A DNA stretch of 64,000 nt from Chrysomallon squamiferum (lineage: Eukaryota; Animalia; Mollusca): the NCBI GenBank assembly GCA_012295275.1, contig CM022679.1, forward strand, positions 17,422,001 to 17,486,000, read 5' to 3'. Made by a program: the position numbers and the translations under genes. Positions 15,450 through 29,700 of this stretch are shown in pieces. Every line of letters starts with the position of its first letter. Within the stretch, counting starts at the first letter, position 1. A model generated the notes under the pieces. The model was not told the DNA's origin, made no database searches, and saw only the letters and a program-made list of their open reading frames with translations.

Positions 15450-17413
15450 GTCGAAGTTCATAAGAAAAATGGATCAAGGAAAGGTTAATAATCGTTGTTT
15501 AAAATTTCAGTAATTAAATATTCATTTCAGAATGAAAAAGAAAAAAATATTACTGTTTAAAATAATTATCAAACAACCACACATTCAGTATTTTTGTGTC
15601 AAGTTTAATTAGCACTGTTTTAAATTAAAATACTTTAATCACATGAAGGACAACCGCTAAATTACCTTCTTTCGTTTGAATGTAGCAGCTTAACTGCGCA
15701 GTGTGACAGCGGCTTTAATGTAATTACGCAGTATTTGAAAGGAAAACAAAGATGATTTGAAACTATTTCTGTTACAGAATCTTGGAAGAATATACAAGAT
15801 AAAAGAATACGAAAAGGTGATCTGAAAATTATAATTATTTTTAAATATAATGTCATTCTATTATAAAAAAAATTATTTGTTACTCATATGATGAAGGCAC
15901 ATTGCATATTTACTCCTATCTCTGAAACCTGCTGGTTATTATTTTTTAATTTATTTACAGTATACATAAATATTTTCTTTCTTTCTTTATTTATTGTTTT
16001 GTAGAGTAGTTGTTGTTTTTATTTTACTTTATTGATCGATACGAATGATTTACCTTTAAAATGTCTTGAACAGTGTATTACATTAATGAAATCCTGGATC
16101 TATCCCATATCGAAAACTATTTTAATTATTCAGTGATTATGAATTTTTTGTTTTACTTTTCTCATACTAATGTTTATATTATTTAGAAGAGTTAGTAATA
16201 TACTCTTATATTTTAATCTGTCTCTGTAATAAGTCTCACACCTACCCGTGAACTGTGTTTGTTACATTTCTACACTTCTTTCACAGCCTACGGATTAAAA
16301 GCACCTGTTTTAATGTGACAGTCCTGTCCACTGAAAATGAAGAACACATCTTGTGTTATGTACATACATAATATTACTCACGAATATGTGCGCCTTAGGC
16401 AAGCTATAACTTGGCATTCTTTACAAACAATTAAAAAAGAAAAAGAAAAATTAAAAAGTAATTACAGCATAATGAAAATTCTCATACGTTGCTATCTGTA
16501 ACGGAAGTATTCTCAGTTTAATTTAAAAATTAATTGTTTACTGTTAGAAAGAAATATGCTCCTATATACTCAGGAATTAATAGTAAAAGCAATATAAAGT
16601 CGTCTTTATTATATATCTGTTGTTGTTGTTATTATTATTATTATTATTATTATTGTTATTATTATATTTAACATTGTTATTATTATTACTGCATACAAGT
16701 CATGATTTATAACATAATCGATGAATAAATATCTATGTCGTTTAATAATCAAAATAAAACCGAAAGAAATACTTTTATTACAACAAACCTAATTAGCGGA
16801 TGCACGTCTATTTCGATGACGAAAAGTTTAAAAAGATAATAATGACACACATTAAACGATCCTGAGCACTAACTAAAGCTTATATTCTGCTTCCGAGCTG
16901 GCAAGACATCCATGATTGTGTTTATATACAAATTCCTAGTCTCTCGAGAAAAAGCAAATGTGATTTTCTGCATCGCCTAGCGAACAGTATTGATTACACA
17001 CTATAACTTGGAGTTTTTCTCTTCCATTCAATTCAGTGCACTTTCTTCAGCAGATCATTAGCTGCAAAATTGCAAATAAGCTAAAGTATTTACCATTAAT
17101 CGACCAAACATTATCATTTAATCAATCGGATCACTAGTTTAATTTTTAATTTTTAATTTTATTTCTTTAGCACACAGATTAACAAAGTAACATGAAGAAC
17201 TTCGTGTTATCAAATGAGCTAGAAACTTTCGAAATAATTAAATAACAGTTTTTAAAAATAATAAGAATGAAGGAATACGAATATGGGAGAGATTGTTAAT
17301 TATTTGGTTATTTTATATTTTTAGACATTGCTACTGATTTTCTTTTTTAATAAAAAATTAAATCAGTGTTTCTGCTTTCTCACTTTTATAATAATTGTTT
17401 TAATTTATTTTTC

Positions 17414-17586
<173 letters not shown>

Positions 17587-20111
17587 CATATACATACCCA
17601 CACAAATATATTTGTTTAGTGAAATCGTTATCTCTTTCTCTCGAGACAACACGCTGTCCTATCCATCAAACTTCACTATAATAAAAATAAATAAATAATA
17701 TCTAACTTTGACATTTTATGCCTTGTCTGAAAGAAATCTCCGATCTTCAGTCTTTTCTTATTAAAGAATCATATTAACTTCGTCAAAATGGCCCTCATAA
17801 ACGAGGATTACATTTGTCTACGTCAAGCCACTTCGATTACCAACGTATTTCGATCGCAAGGAATAATGATTACAATAGTTAATTTTGCTTCATCTTGGTG
17901 CAAATTCGCTTAGTGCAATTGATTAACAAGAAGAGGTTAACTGTGAATGTTGCCCAATTTTCTCAAAGTTTAATATCTACTCTCGGAATAGACTTGACAG
18001 CTAAATAGATGAGATGGATTAGTATCGTTGTCAGATTACAAGCCCTCAATCTGACGTAGCAACAGTTCTTCATTATTGTAAATGATTGTAAAAACGATAC
18101 AAAGTTTTGACAAAAATAATATTTTAAAACACTGAAGACGATTAGTCTTAAAGAAAGACAGTATATAAAAAAGCTGTATTTCGCTGAAGTATTTGATTTC
18201 ACTAAAAAAGGTGAGAAAATAATAAAAGAAAAAAGTAAAATATTTTTAGCGACACTTTTTTTCTATCAGTCTAACAAATATAAGCTGCAGAGGTGGGGAA
18301 AAATGGATAAATTCATGATAATGAGATTTTTAATATAGAATGTCCGTTCTATCCGAAAAATGATCATTAACAACCATACCACATTATTAAAATACACAGA
18401 AAATGTTTTCTTTCAGATATTCCCAATCGATCAGAATTGTTTTACTTGTCTTATAGTTTCCATAAGCCAAAGATTATATAAAATATAAGTATTTCAAGAT
18501 GTTTGTAGTTATTGACATTCGTATTTTTTTTCCGCAAATCAACCAACATAAACATCGAAATGCAGACGATTCGGCGTCAGCTTTGAATAGCAGAAATACT
18601 TGTAAATTGATTACACTTTTATATTTGTACAACCAAAGTGGTGATTGTATCTCAACAGATGAAAAGTGGGGAACATTTTTTTTTTTTTTTTTTTTCTGAA
18701 AGTGAAGAAGAAGAAGAAGAGATACATTAACTTTTACTTTGAGAGACTTAAAGCAAATGTTCAAGTATTTGAAGTATTCTCTGAGTGTTGTACATTATGG
18801 ATGATTCTCGGATCAACCGCCTTTCTGATGACAGCCGACAGCCGTCTGATTGGTCATATGATTTACCAACACGAGATGTGGCGTGATCTAACCCAGACGT
18901 CTACACGTAATGGCTGACAACATAATAAGAACATTGGTGATTGTTATTGTCATCATCATTAGAAACACTACATTAACAAACACAGATTTCAGATGATGAA
19001 TATATATTTTCATTATCTTTTTTTCTTCTCCCTTTTTTGTATCTCGTTTTTTAGATTGTTAATACCAAAGATTGCCGGTTCTGGCGCCAAATGTATGATT
19101 CAGAAATAATTATTTTCATTAATGTTACTGAATAAATTATTTTGTTATTGATTATTTGTTTTCTGAAGAGAACTAGCGATGTGACCAAACTAAAGTTATA
19201 AATATGCTATGTTTACTAATTTATTAAGTAATGTAATATTATGACACATCTTCACTACTTGTTCGAATATTAAATTTATCATAATATGTTATTTAATAAA
19301 TAATCTCTCTCAATTTATTATTCGAAGAATTATTTTAGTTAGGTTTTTATTCGTTCTTAGTATTTCTTCCCTTTTTCCATATTTCATTTATTTAATTTTT
19401 TTTTTTTATTATTAGACTAAAAAAATGAAAATGAAACCAAGAAAACTTTTAATTATGTCACTTTTTTATTGTAGCTAATTTTGGTTTTAAAACATATATT
19501 TTATGAAATAATGCTGACTGGTAATGCAGTATGTCATGGGTTTCAAGTACATAACGGTGAAGCGCTGTTAGCAGGCCTATTGAAATGTATGTGTAATTGG
19601 TTATAAGAAACGCATTATAGATTAATTTAGAATCCTTTGACTACTATAAATTATTGTAAGATTAAAAACGAAATTGACATGTGAATAACGATTTTAATTA
19701 CATAAATAATATTACGGTAATGTAGTTGCCATTTATTTATTCGTCTCATTACCTTTTCCTTCTATAACAGACGAAATGCAAAGAAAAAGAAAACACACGT
19801 TAAAAAGAACTGACAGAATGTAATTAGATACATTGTACTTGTGTCCAGTCAAAACCGTCGGAACAAAGTAAACAGTTTCAGTGCAACGCTGAATCAGTTT
19901 AGGAAATCGGGTACTCTACTTTAAAAGACTGACTCCACATGACTTCCTGTCTTGTCACACGGTAACCGTTTCCATTTAAAACAAATTAGTCTCAGGCGGG
20001 CTAACTTATACATGAATCGTAATATGTGGGTTTATAACGAGTGTCGGCAGCAGAAACAACAAACAATCAGACCTGGGGTGAATGTTCGATGATTAAATCT
20101 CGAAGCCAAAC

Positions 20112-20145
<34 letters not shown>

Positions 20146-21107
20146 AATAAAATTTAAATTGATTTTTAACAGTCAGTAAAGATATTGTCTAATGGAACAT
20201 TTTGAACTCCTTGTTAAATTGTTTCCTGCACGATACACTACTGTGAGCAGGAACAAAGCTCTAGGTGACTCACATCTGTTTCAGGAAACTAGTAGCGTCT
20301 GCCAGTAGCCAATGAACATTGCTGAAGCGTGCTTTTCTAATATTTCCTGACGCCATTTCCGTTTCTTGCGCTACTCTTACAAGAAAATTATATCTATTGC
20401 AAGATAATGACAGAGAAGAAAACAAAAGGCTATAATTACTGACAAACGCAAGTCTGAAAGTAATATGTATTTAACTTAATATTCTTGATAACAATTAATA
20501 CTGAATACAGAAAAAGAAGAAAAGGAGAAAGAAGATTTTTGAAATTAACTCATGCTGGTATTATTATTATTATGTGGATTTGTTTTATCTGGAGTGTAAT
20601 TATATCGTATACAAACACATCAAAATAAAGGAAAAGTTGTTTATGTTTTCTTAAGTCTTTATGTTTAAAGTGATTATAACTTTAATAGTTAACACATGAT
20701 TAGTCCATTGCGTATATATCATGTACATAAGTAACATTTATGCTTCTGAGAATATGAGAAATTAGAAAAGGTTTAATGAAATGGGAAAATATATCTACTC
20801 CATACTTATTAACCATTTACGTCAAAAATAATAATAATAATAATCATAATGATGATGAAAGTAAAGAAGAAAAATTGTACATAACCTGGGTCTATCCACT
20901 GTATTTCCATCATGATTTCTCCTTACAAAAAAAAAAAAAAAAATAAAAAAATAAATAAATAAATAAATAAATAAATAAATCCATATAGGAAAAAAATAAA
21001 TAAATAAAAAATAGGCAAAACGAAGTCATCTCGATGATTAAAATGGTGGATCCGTCCTGATTTATTTTAGCAGCAATATGACATAAATTCAAACTAAAGC
21101 ATTTTCA

Positions 21108-21150
<43 letters not shown>

Positions 21151-21446
21151 TAAGTTTTTTTTATCAAAATGAATTAAAAAAATTATGGTTTGAAATTTAC
21201 AAAAAGTTAAACAAAACCTACAGTGAATGGACAACTATTTAATATATTTTTATAATAAAAATTATTCACTGACAAATATGTGATTGTTTAAGGTGTTAAC
21301 CCTACTGAAATCCGCTGCTGGCACTGCAAAGGCTATTCTCATTAACCAGTCCAGTTTTATTTAATTTTAACTTAAATGTGCTCCTTCTTAATAATATAGT
21401 TTGTTTCTGAACATCTTTGACTGACAGTATTCCTAATGTGGATGTT

Positions 21447-21483
<37 letters not shown>

Positions 21484-22222
21484 TAATAATAATAATAATA
21501 TTGAAAAACAGTTATAAAGATTTATATACTTTTACACTTGTTAAAGTGTTATTAAAATATTAATTATCAGAAAATATAATAATATTTGTTATATATTTCC
21601 TTAGTCTCTGTCTTTTGCGACGCCCGGACACTTTTCCGAGTCCCGACTGTTTTTCAGTAGATATGTTTCTTAGGTCAATATTTTTAAAAATATTATTCCA
21701 CTGCTAAAGCGAAAAGTCATACCGATTTGGATTTGTTTTCTCCAAAATAAATAATTTTATGGTACGGCAACTTTATACGATATTATTAAAGATGGCGTCG
21801 TCCATTCAGTGCATATTTAAGTTTTATAAACACCGCATCTTAGTGGAATTTTGAGATCGAATAGATGGTGCGGCTGGTACAAACCGTTACTTTATTTGGA
21901 TTTCAAACGCAACATTTAAATAAAAATAAAAATTTTAAAAAATCATTTTAATGTGAGTTTACGATAAGGAAAATAAGTTTTATTTACATATATCAATGAA
22001 CTCGATACATTGGTATTTTAGAAAGCCGTGATGCTGGGGCAATGCGGGACCACGACCACGTTGTGGTACTCGTGTAATGGATATGAAAAAAGATTGTAAA
22101 TATGTTATATAAAATTGTCTGTAATTTTGTCCCACTCATGAGAGGGCACATGCAACGTAGGGATACTTTTTGATCGACAGGTCCCATTGTATTACATCAG
22201 TATCAATAATCTTTTTGATTTA

Positions 22223-22268
<46 letters not shown>

Positions 22269-22779
22269 TATAAATAAATGATCAACCTTTCACAAATACA
22301 TTGACTCGGTCTTGCATAAGATTTGCGCACATGACGTACCGAAATCAAGCAGTTGATAAAATTGAGTGTAACGGGTAGACTTACAAATGATTAGGCTGAC
22401 ATCAAAATAAATGAAAAAATATTATAACAGCACTGAAAAGTTATAAAGACTGGAAATTGGCTTGTGTATTTAAAGAAATACAAAATAAATCATTTAACAG
22501 GTTAGGCGAGAGAAAAGAAAAGCGGCTCTTGCAAATAGTAAAATGCTTGCAAGTAATATATTTCTTAAAATTATATTTGATAAAAGATTTACTGAAAATA
22601 TATATTGAATGTTTTAAAAGCTGTTAATAATTTAAAAGATATTGATAATATTTAATAATTTTGAGTAGACAGTTATGTTTAATAATGATGGTAAATGTAT
22701 TTGTGTATGGATAGCACTCAAATCGAACTGGATGTCTAAGCAGTGACTTCGTAAATTCTTTTAAAAAGTCCTCCAAAAT

Positions 22780-23700
22780 TAAAAAGAAAGAAAGCAAGAA
22801 AGCAAGAAATGGATATTACGAAATTCTTTTATTGTGCCGTGTTAAATATATCGGTGCGCAGCATTAAAAAGCGTTGATCGAGACAAAGAATAAAACTTCA
22901 AAGGATGGCTGCTGCAGCTCTGGATGAACATGCTTTTAAGAAATGGTATTTATTTCATTATTTTTATTCAGTTAATAACCTATTTAAAGATAAAAAGGTA
23001 ATTCATTCTTGGCTAATATATATTAAATATATTTAGACAATATTTAATTAGCTAAAAAGAAACCATATTTATTTACTTTCAATATGGACGATGTGAATTT
23101 TAAATGGTGGCACGGCTTTTGCTATTTCGACTTCCGGTGTTCAACAAATTTCATAAAGCTCTTGAAAGAACATTATTTGTATCTGTTTATCTGCAATAAT
23201 ACTAAAATGTAGGTTTACTCGTGGAAAATATAAATAATAATACATCCCTAAACCATTTCTCTTGAATTTGATTTGTTTCGCTGCCTGTTACAGTGTTAGT
23301 AGCATGGACCAACAGGAACGATAACTTGTAACGGCGCAAATTACGTCACGGTAAAAAGCCTCAAGAAGTTTCGCCTATTTAATGGGTTCTGAGAGGGCGA
23401 ACATTGACAATTTCAAAAGTTAATGCATTAATCTTATTCCGCATTATACTCTCAGTTTATTATGCATGCATTTACACAAAAATAATCCAGTTTGAAAAGT
23501 TTGATTAAGTTGAAAAAAGTAGTTAGAAAAGGCGCTTGACATGATACGAACAACCATCCTTACCTTTATCAGTTTAAATCATAAAAAGTTCTGAAAAATG
23601 GATGCAAAATAATTTAATTTGGAAGTTTATAAATTTCCGGAAGCTTCCGATCAAAAAGCACTGTGGCAGCATCGAATGCCGACTAGTGTTTACAAACGTT
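22780..23700 (+). promoter_or_regulatory. CpG-rich promoter/first-intron region of DPF paralog A
   Basis: CpG density is high relative to the gene body. There is an ETS-like ACTTCCGGT near 23130 and a CRE-like TTACGTCA at 23341. Motif function is inferred. Confidence 0.45.
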
Positions 23701-26700
23701 TAAAAGTAATTTGTGGAAATATGTCATTTAACTCGTACACATAGATCTCTATTATTGAGTAGAAATTGCACCAGAGGTCGAAACCTTTTTTTTTTGACAT
23801 CATACCATCTCATACACATTTTGTACTATATATTTTTTCAGATATTATTACGATATCGCCAGCCAAAAAATGAAAAATAATAAAAAATAAAATAAATAAT
23901 TTTAACACACACTGGCACGTGAATATGAAGATGACTATTGTCATTAGGTATCATAATGTGGACACATTACTCTGCTAATACTAATTATTTTTAGCTCAGC
24001 TAGAAGGGTCAAAGTTTAATCTTTCTAACTGTGTGCATGTCGTTGCTGGCAATGTCTTATATCAAAAGTTGTGTCCAATAATGTACTTTTTCATGCCTTC
24101 AAACAAATTTAGAAAAAAAAATTGGCTGAAAATAAAACCAGTGTTCACGGGATCAAATGAAAGATCATTCAGTTACCTTTCAAACACTATGGTGTGTCTT
24201 CTTTGGTGAAAAGAAGTTCCACGTTTGAAAGTAGCATGTGCTTAGTGAAATTGCTGTAGATTTTATGTGCAGCTAGAAAGGTCTGGCGCTGTTTAAAATG
24301 ATTATATTTATATGTTGTTTATATTTTTAATTACTTGTTGGCTGTTTTTCTTCAGTATTCCTACTTTTAGCGTATACATTATAGCATGTGTGTAGCGAAA
24401 TCGCATTCTGAAATAAATGAATTAACATTGTTTTGCCGATTACTATCTTCCATTTAAAACTGGGGGTTATTTTGATTTCAAAATAAACAAGAATCATAAA
24501 CATAACAAACTATGCTACATAATAGAACAATGTATTCAGAGGTATTGATGGAATGCTGAATAAAAATCTAATCACTTTTTACAAATATATAATCATAAAT
24601 TGATCACTTGTAAAACATTATTTTTGCTTGTTGATAAGCTCTGTGAGAGAAAATTTCTCTGAACTTTACGCATACATGTAGGCCTACAATGTCTTACTCG
24701 ATCAAGAAAGATAGTGATTCCTAGCATCCAGAATTGATCATTCAGGTTTTAGTTAATCAGATGTTAATGGCTGAAAAGGAGTTATTTTCATGTATGTGCA
24801 TTTTTAAAATCTATATTGTGGCTAAACAAAAAATATTACACCCAGTACACTTTTATATGTTTTAGTTAACATGTGGGAGATTAAATTTCAATAAAGGTCA
24901 TCTCAAGGTCACGTGTTCCACACAGTCAATTTCAAGGTCATAGCAAAGGTCACACGGTCAGTGTACTCCAATATTTTAAACTGAACAGATTTGGAATCCT
25001 TGTCATATTGCCTTTTCAACAATACCAATTTTATGAAGATTGGCCCAGTATTTCCTGAGATAAGAGGGTTCTATGGTTGGTGGTCACACCCATTTTTGCC
25101 AAAAATCTCCAAGTTCGGTGGGCCATATCTCCCACACCACTGATCCGATTGGGCTAAAATTTCAGATTTGGTGCTGTTGGATCCCAGTCAACAAGTATAC
25201 CAAGTATAAAAATCTGAGACGGTTCGGTTTAACCCATTGGGTGATTTGACACAGAATGACCCATATATATATATATACATACACACATCACTGTATCTTA
25301 ACATATTACTACCAATTATTTAATAGAGTGAAAATTGAAGCTGCTTATGTAAATAAAGTTGTGCTGTTCCATATAAATTGAAAAGGTAATTTTTTTATGG
25401 GCTTGGCAAATTTTATTTTATTTTTTTAATTAAAAATGTGAGATTCAAGCATGTCATTTGAAACCACAGTGTCTATTTGAACTTTTAATCATTCTGCCAT
25501 GTGTCTTGTTGAAAATTTTGGCATGTTTAACTTAAGGTGATAATGATTTGTTTATGGTCCATACAGTTAAATTAGATGAAATTTGTGACTGCTAGAAAAA
25601 TGTTGCTGATCTGCAGATTTTGAACAAATGAAGTTAAATGTTTGATCTAAATGAAATACTAGTCTTGGAAGTTAAAGTTACTCAAATTTTTTATTTATTA
25701 TGTATTTTTTATAACTGAGTTTTTCAAGATATTTGTCTTCAAGAAAATTAATAATGCATCAGGAATAGCAAAAGGAAACATTTGATAGTGATGCAGTGAG
25801 AAAATACGTCTCTTAAGTCACTAATTTTCCAACAAATTTTCTTTTTCTTTGTTGCAAAATACACAGACATATCTTTTTATCTCTAGTATGGGGAGTCCAC
25901 AGTTATATAAAGAAGCAATAGAACAAACAGCAAGTTTCAATACAAGGTTATCCATAGAACGCAAATTACGATTGCCATTCTTGGACTCACAGACAGGAAT
26001 AGCTCAGATTCATAGCACTCTGTATCAACATTACACTCATAGACAGCCAGGTTTGTTTATCTTCATTTTCACTTTTTTTTTTCCGTTCATAAATTCACAG
26101 CTGAGGCTATATTAATTTGAGACTTTTAAGAATTCTGATGAGCTTAAATTCATTCTTGATGTAATTGTTAAAAATAAAAATGCAAGTTTCAATAAACCAC
26201 CTAATTTTGCATTTGAAATGTGGTTTTATTAACATAATATCTATGCAGTTATTATTCCATAATTTTAATTTTTATAAGTTAGTAATTAATGAAATAATAA
26301 GTGAATTTGGTTTTTTCAGGAGATAAACATATATGTGGTCAGTTGTATTCCTATCCAGCCAAACGTTGGAAGAAGAAGAAAAGATCTTTTTTCACATCAG
26401 ATCTCAAAGTGGCTCAGGCTGCTGTTCTGGATGCAGATGCAGGTATTGTTCTATTTTGGCTTGTTGTTCACTTCAAATTTATTAATTCAATATTCGGATA
26501 TTTAATTGTTATTTTATATTAATGGTAAAAATTGTACTCTTTCAGTTTATAAGAAAAACAGAAGAAAAATACTTAAATAGGGATGAATTTTTTTTTTTTC
26601 ACAATGTTTTGAGCTTTTTATGTTTCATTCATAACTTTCTTTAGTTGTTTTTCATTTTCCTTCAACAACATTTGAAAATTTTAATTAATATTTACAGATC

Positions 26701-29700
26701 AGATTCCTGAGTTTACAGTTTCACTGCGCAGAAGACGCCCACCTGGTAATATTTATAAATCTTACATGAATGTATACTTAGACGCATTTCTACATATTTT
26801 TTAAATCTATAATTTGTCAGATGGCAACTTCAGCTAAGACTTTTGCTAACCTATTAATAGTTTTTACATTTCATTGGTGAATAATTGAGCAAAACAAGAT
26901 CTTTTTAAAATTGATGATAAAGGTTAATAAATAAAAAAATCAGTTCTGAACAGATTTATTGTCATAAACTTGCATTTTTTCTTTGAAGCAGTAGTGTTTT
27001 CTACTGTGTCATGGTTTCTCATAATGTCATCACGGAATTGTAACATTCATGATGAAATCAGTTTATTTAAGTTGCAAGGAAAAGCCAGAACAGGGCAGCA
27101 GAGGAACAGGCCAGTTATACTAGTTGTTAAGTAATAATTTGTTTTCATTCATATCTATTTTCCCTGATAGATATACATCATGTAAATTCTGTAGACAGTT
27201 CAGCACATCGTCATGGTGATGATGATGAAGACACACAGACAGAGTCACAGGACCAGTGGTATGAGAATTTTGGGATGTTTGATGAGCCGCCTGATGCTGG
27301 AGAAATGGTCGATGATCAATCAGACATAAGTGATTATGAAGATACAATAAGGAAAAAGAAAAGGAAGGTCAGTTGTCTTGTCCTAGTGATTTTCATTTTA
27401 GCAACAAGTGTAAATGGAAATGGGTCAACTGATAAATCCAAGAATAAAAGAAAGATATCTATCAAATCACATCTTGAAGCATGAATAAGGTCAGAAAAAA
27501 GGTTGTTACAATAAATTTGATGGAGGAAAACAATATAGTGACATACATGTTGTTAGTGAGGACTAAGATAAAGTGAACATTATAACATTAACCATATTAC
27601 ATTTGAAGGCTGGATCATAATTAAAAAGGTTGGTTATATTATTAATGTAAAATTTACATTTTAGCTCGAAAGGTTTTTATTTAATAATTTCATGATACTT
27701 TAAAAATAACAAAGAAAAGAAACATAATCACTTCACAGTATATAAATTTGCAACTTATTATATGTATGTAATTATTAAAATTACAATTACAAAATTTTCA
27801 TTTTTCTCTGTCAAAAGGCATATCCAAAATTAGCTGTTACAAGTTGAAAGTTAATTTGTGAAATGTGTAGATAAGATTTATTTAGTTAAACTTAGCTATA
27901 CTTAATTCTAATGTGTTTATAGCCTGGGCCTGGCAGAGGAAGGAAGAAGAAACAAGAGGTTGACAGAGACAGTATAATTGATGATAAGGAGAAACCCTAT
28001 GTGTGTGAATGTAAGCATTGAAAATGGTTTCTTTAATTTAATGTATTCTAATAATAGTTAATTTTTTAATGAATTGTTATTACAAACAAATCTTGAATTA
28101 AAAAGAATATGCTAAATTAGAAAGCTCAAAAACAACGTGGATGAATCATATTCTTCATTAGGTTTGAAATTTCAGTATTTTTAATCAGAGTAACATTTTT
28201 TTATTTATTTGATTTAATAACCTTTATGGTTTCAAAAGAAATGATAATTATTTTTTTTAAAACATCTTGTAGCTTGTGGTGCTAGATATAAATCACGGCC
28301 TGGCCTGCAATATCATTACACGCACTTCCACAATGGAATGATGGATGAGGACACAGCATCTTTGTCACCAAAACCACAGACACGCTCCAATGGAGGCAAG
28401 TACAGGAAATCCATGCCTCATACTTGTGGATAAAAATCAGGAATCTTTCATATCTTTATTTCTTTGTTGTACAAAACTGCATGCTGTCGTCTTTTTTTTG
28501 TGACTGTTTTTTCTCGTTATAATAGCAGTATTCTTGAGAATATTTGATTCTTATGTTATATCGGCTACTTTTTGTTTAGAAAATCAGTACTTTATAGTCT
28601 TTAAATTAAAAAATAATAATAATAATATTAAAGATTATGTTAATATTTGATTTTTATATTTAAAGTTTTGTACAGTGATACAGACTAATTTGCATTTTAC
28701 TTAAAAATAAAATTAGGCATGTGAGTCATTATTTGAATATGTTTAATGCTCTGGTTAATTAATTGAAATCGTTTTCTTTTTTCTCTTTTTAATTATTGTT
28801 TTTCCACTTTGTCATTCTCTTTTTTATTTTTGCTTTTTCAAAGTTTCACCATTTCCATTTTCTTTTGTTATTTAATATTTTGTTGGTATTTAAAAATATA
28901 TTACTTATTTTCTCTTTTGCTCAAGTGGTAATCATTATTTTTATTTTTTAATCTTCTGAGAATAACATAACAATTTAAAATATGTTTGATTATTTTGTTT
29001 TAGCATGTTAACACATACTGCTGCATGGATGTTATTAATTTGTTTTTGTTCTTGGTTCTTATTGAACTGACATAAAGCTTTACAGATTCTTTTAATGGAG
29101 TTTTCTTTAATACAGATATTTATCTTCTGCTTTAAATGTCAGGACAAATCTTTTGAACTTTGTTTTATCGTACATATTTCTATATTATAAATTGGTATAT
29201 GAAGGAAGAATTCTATAGAAAATTATAAACATAAATTCTTTTCTTAATTTGTGTAGAAATTCATAGGATGTTTTTAATGCAAGTTTATTACAGGCATATA
29301 TGTATTTGAGTTCAAATGCAATTTTATTTTGAACTTGTGTTTTGTTAACTGTTGGCATGCTAATTTGTTTTTTAAATGTGCATGTTTGTTTCAGTTAACT
29401 CTTGTAGCAGCAGACAAAATTACTTAACTTAGTAACTAGAAAGCAGTTTTTAAAATATCTCTATTTTCTGATGATTAAAGATACATATTTGTTAAAATCT
29501 TGCATGAAGCACTAAAAATTATATATTTTGCATGATTAATTAATGTTGTTTGGTCAGAACTTGACATCGTATAGTTTTGAAAAGAAATCAAATTTAAATA
29601 TTAGTAATTTCATTAGGCATTTAGATATGGTGTCTGTGGCTCTCCCAAATTATCTTGATTGACATAAATTTTGTTTGCTCATTTAACATGGCAGTTAAAA

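Noticed and set aside
24892-24960. Clustered AGGTCA nuclear-receptor half sites as a hormone response element
   Set aside because: They lie within a probable transposon fragment and are irregularly spaced, so function cannot be supported from sequence alone.
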